From contig MU004193.1 in NCBI GenBank assembly GCA_010093605.1, positions 1,371,520 through 1,435,519 of the forward strand: 64,000 nt of DNA, read 5' to 3'. Numbering within the stretch: the stretch's first letter is position 1; each line of letters opens with the position of its first letter. Origin of the DNA: Lophium mytilinum (Eukaryota). Below, piece after piece: positions 60,975 to 64,000 of the stretch. The notes below the pieces were generated by a model. It worked only from the letters and a program-made list of their open reading frames with translations, made no database searches and had not been told where the DNA came from. The translations under genes and the position numbers were made by a program.

Positions 60975-63900
60975 CTGATGAGGGAGTGGGCCTAGACGTC
61001 GCTTAGCGAAATGTTCAAGTCGGTGAGGCGATTCACAGCCAGGCTATGCCGTCATGTCGACGGACCGGCACGGGAACGAAGAGAAAGGAAAAGATCAGAG
61101 GAAAGAGAATAGAGTGAATGGCAGTGGAGCAGCTGCCAGCTCATCCGGAAGCCCACACGCTTCACGATGAATGGGCAGACGCGCCAGATAAAGGAGATTT
61201 GGGATCCACGACGCGAGTCAGCCATTCCTACAACTGTTCCTGTGGTGGAGCTGTGTGTGAAGGTGATAGTGACGAGTGCCATGATGAAGGATTGCACCTC
61301 ATCCAGTGTCACATATGGGGCCCTTTAATCTTAGCAACAGTACGTCTGTTGGCGAAGCACGCAGCTAAACGACTAAACAGGCGGCGTGTGTCCTGAGGCC
61401 ACAATCAGGATGGGGAATGGTCGGTCGGGACGATTTTCTCGCGGCACGGAGATCATTGTAGGGGGCGTCAATGCGGACCCAAAGCGTGCACTCGACAAGC
61501 AAGTCGTTTGGGGTCCGGCTGGAAGCAGCAAGGAGAGTGCAGAACAGGGCGGTTGAAACGGAAGCAGTGAATGAAAGGGAGTTGGTCTGGCAGAAGGGCG
61601 CCATGCAGCGTGAGGCCATCGCATTGACGTTCCTGTCCGGCCTCCCTGCACTGCGGCAACATCCCGCCGTTGCCATGTGGAAGCGGGGATAGGTGTATGG
61701 AACGTGCAGCGGCGCGTAGCGAGATTATCAACGAGACTCAGGATCCGCTCACCTTTCTTCTCCAACAATCCTTCGCCCCAATGCCCCTTACAGCACTCTC
61801 TCCCTTTCTCCACTTAAAATTCGGTCCCCAAGCTGGCACGAGTGCTCGGCAACGCCCGGTCTGAGCTCTGCGGCGGTCTGTTTGTCCACTCTGATACGAC
61901 GATGCGACCTGGTCGATTTCGGGTGACACGCGATGCTCAGGGTGTCGGACTGCGGATATCAGCCACCGAGTGGTCCGTCCCTGATGCGTATGCAAAGACC
62001 TGCCGTTCTCTGAAATCGGTTATCGGGAAGTGTGCCCGTGCGTGTCGAACTGCGTTCAAACATACGTTAGCCACTGGACGACACTCGATTCTAATATCAA
62101 CACCTCCTGCTGACAGCCTGCCGGTGAAGATGACCGTGTTTCCTCCGAGGAAGCCGAAATGGTCTTGACCCACCAGCAGGGATGTAGCGTGCGAAGAGGA
62201 GATCTCGAGACGAACCTTTTTCGGACCTTTCGGACGACAGCAAAGCTACGGATCGGATCCGAGTCCGAAGATGTCGTAAATCGTGAGGTTCGTTGCAGGT
62301 TCTGCAGTTTTGGCGAAGCCTTGAGGACTTGACCGCTCAGAAGTAAGATTGAAGAGCTGTGTTAGAGAAAGTGATGATAGTCGAGACCAGTACCGTGAGA
62401 GTGGACTGGAATATGCAGGACACACACATTGCTTCATACTCAGCGGTCTGCGAGTCGATTTTATACGTCTTTCCTCATGTCACAAGGACAGGAGCCTGCT
62501 TCCGCTCCTGGCGTGTGTTGCAGTAGAGTCCAAGGGCTTGCCGCCCTCCCCTATTGGTCTTCCTTTTCTTCCTCTTTCTGATAGCTTCCCGAGTGCGTTG
62601 CTCACATATGGCAAGACTGATTCATGTGCCGAGTGTTCAGCTCATTGGAGCCACAGCGTCGGGAGACGGCGCTGCTGGGGGTGCCAGAATGCAGGAAGCA
62701 GGTGGCTTGACCGCTAGATACCTGTCCAAACATTGCCGCATGTCGGCCGCCGCCTTGCTGCACGATGGCGCATCCGATCAGGAGGGATGAGCCACTGGCA
62801 CATTCCAGGCTTTCGGCTTCCCATCCACATGGAACCTTTTCTGCAGCTTGGGAAACGCCACCACCGTGTTGCCAATACCAACTTCAAGGGCCGCAGTTCC
62901 TGGGGGTCCTCCTGTCCCACCAGCCCTCTGCGATGGGTTCCCTGTCTTATTGGTCTCATTGAAGCATTCCCTAGCTAACCCGAGTCTCTACTCAAGCTCC
63001 CAACTTTGTCGAATCTGGACACTTTAGATGGGGTGCTCACCCACTCAATAGAATCTGTCTTGGACTGATCCCTGTGACATCAAAATCCCAGCTAAACCCC
63101 GGACCAACCAGAGGGAACGCAGCAGTTTTTGTTCCCCCTGGGACTGCAGTATGGCTTCGCTATCCTGGCGACTTATCACCTACATGCAGACTTTAAGGCG
63201 AAAGCAACATGACAGGTCATATGGAAATCAATCTCTCACAAAACTCTCCGACCGAAGCTGGCCATTCAGAAACAGCCCCAATCTTTGAGACGACGGGAGC
63301 ACGCAAGAATACATTCTCTCCGAAGAGCTCATATCCGACCATTCTATGTAAAGCTCAAGACAAGCATTTTGACTTTGCTCTCAAGGTATTGGGGGTAATC
63401 GTAGCTCCTGCCTCACGTCCTCGCCAAACCGGGATTCATTATCGTTCCCTGCTATTTGACCGCCCTGCTTAACACGCCGTCCAGGGTAGTCGTACCTGTC
63501 TATGGCCCTTCAAGATGTGCCACGGTCTCGTAATAGCGTGGGTTGCATCATCTTGATCAGTCCGTCGCACCAGATCCATGACTGTGCAGCATGGGGACAG
63601 CAATCCGATTACCGAGCGATTGGGTCTAGGACCACTTTCCAGCACAGCGGTAAAATCGGTGTGGCAATCGCAAGATTTTCGCAAGGTCTCCGTCGTGGCC
63701 TACTGCATAGTCCCGTCTCAACTTAGTCTGGCTGACCCTTCCACTTCTCTCCTTTGGTTCACGGATGCAGCGATCATCCAGAATCTCCAGAGCGCCCACG
63801 AGCGACGTGGGTAACCCCACTTATCCGGAAATCCAACCTCAATTACTGGAATTGATGACTCCTCCACCGTGATACTGCACCTGATCACATTTCGTGAGGA

Positions 63901-64000
63901 TTCGCATCCAGGTCAGGTGGACGGCATCGAGCAGCCCACAAAACCGCCTCCACTTTCTATGTGCGCAGGCTTGAAAATAGACCGTCGCCTCTCTAGTGCC

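Noticed and set aside
1..64000. CRISPR arrays, rRNA, tRNA, telomeric repeats or intact transposase/retroelement ORFs
   Set aside because: None seen by eye. A tRNAscan-SE/Infernal run would be needed to exclude small RNAs.

Overview
Intron-containing filamentous ascomycete (Pezizomycotina) genomic DNA with about 19 protein-coding loci, several of which the ORF track misses or splits. The left part is mostly housekeeping: Tudor-SN, Cu/Zn SOD, transaldolase, an SDR, a Red1-like zf-C3H1 protein and myosin II, preceded by a HET-domain gene with a hydrophobic N-terminus. The right part is more accessory. It holds two CorA-like-domain proteins, a run of secreted enzymes (S41 peptidase, AA16, S8 subtilisin, polysaccharide-lyase-like), an amidohydrolase, an ABM protein, a HET pseudogene with two RIP-type stops, an 83-bp MITE with a 5-bp TSD, a FucP-like MFS transporter and a divergent velvet-domain gene. 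The most notable signal is a tandem PhnY-like/PhnZ-like pair (41981-43728), a likely oxidative C-P bond cleavage (phosphonate catabolism) module encoded as two adjacent fungal genes. All calls come from manual translation and motif recognition; no searches were run, and exon boundaries are hand-derived.
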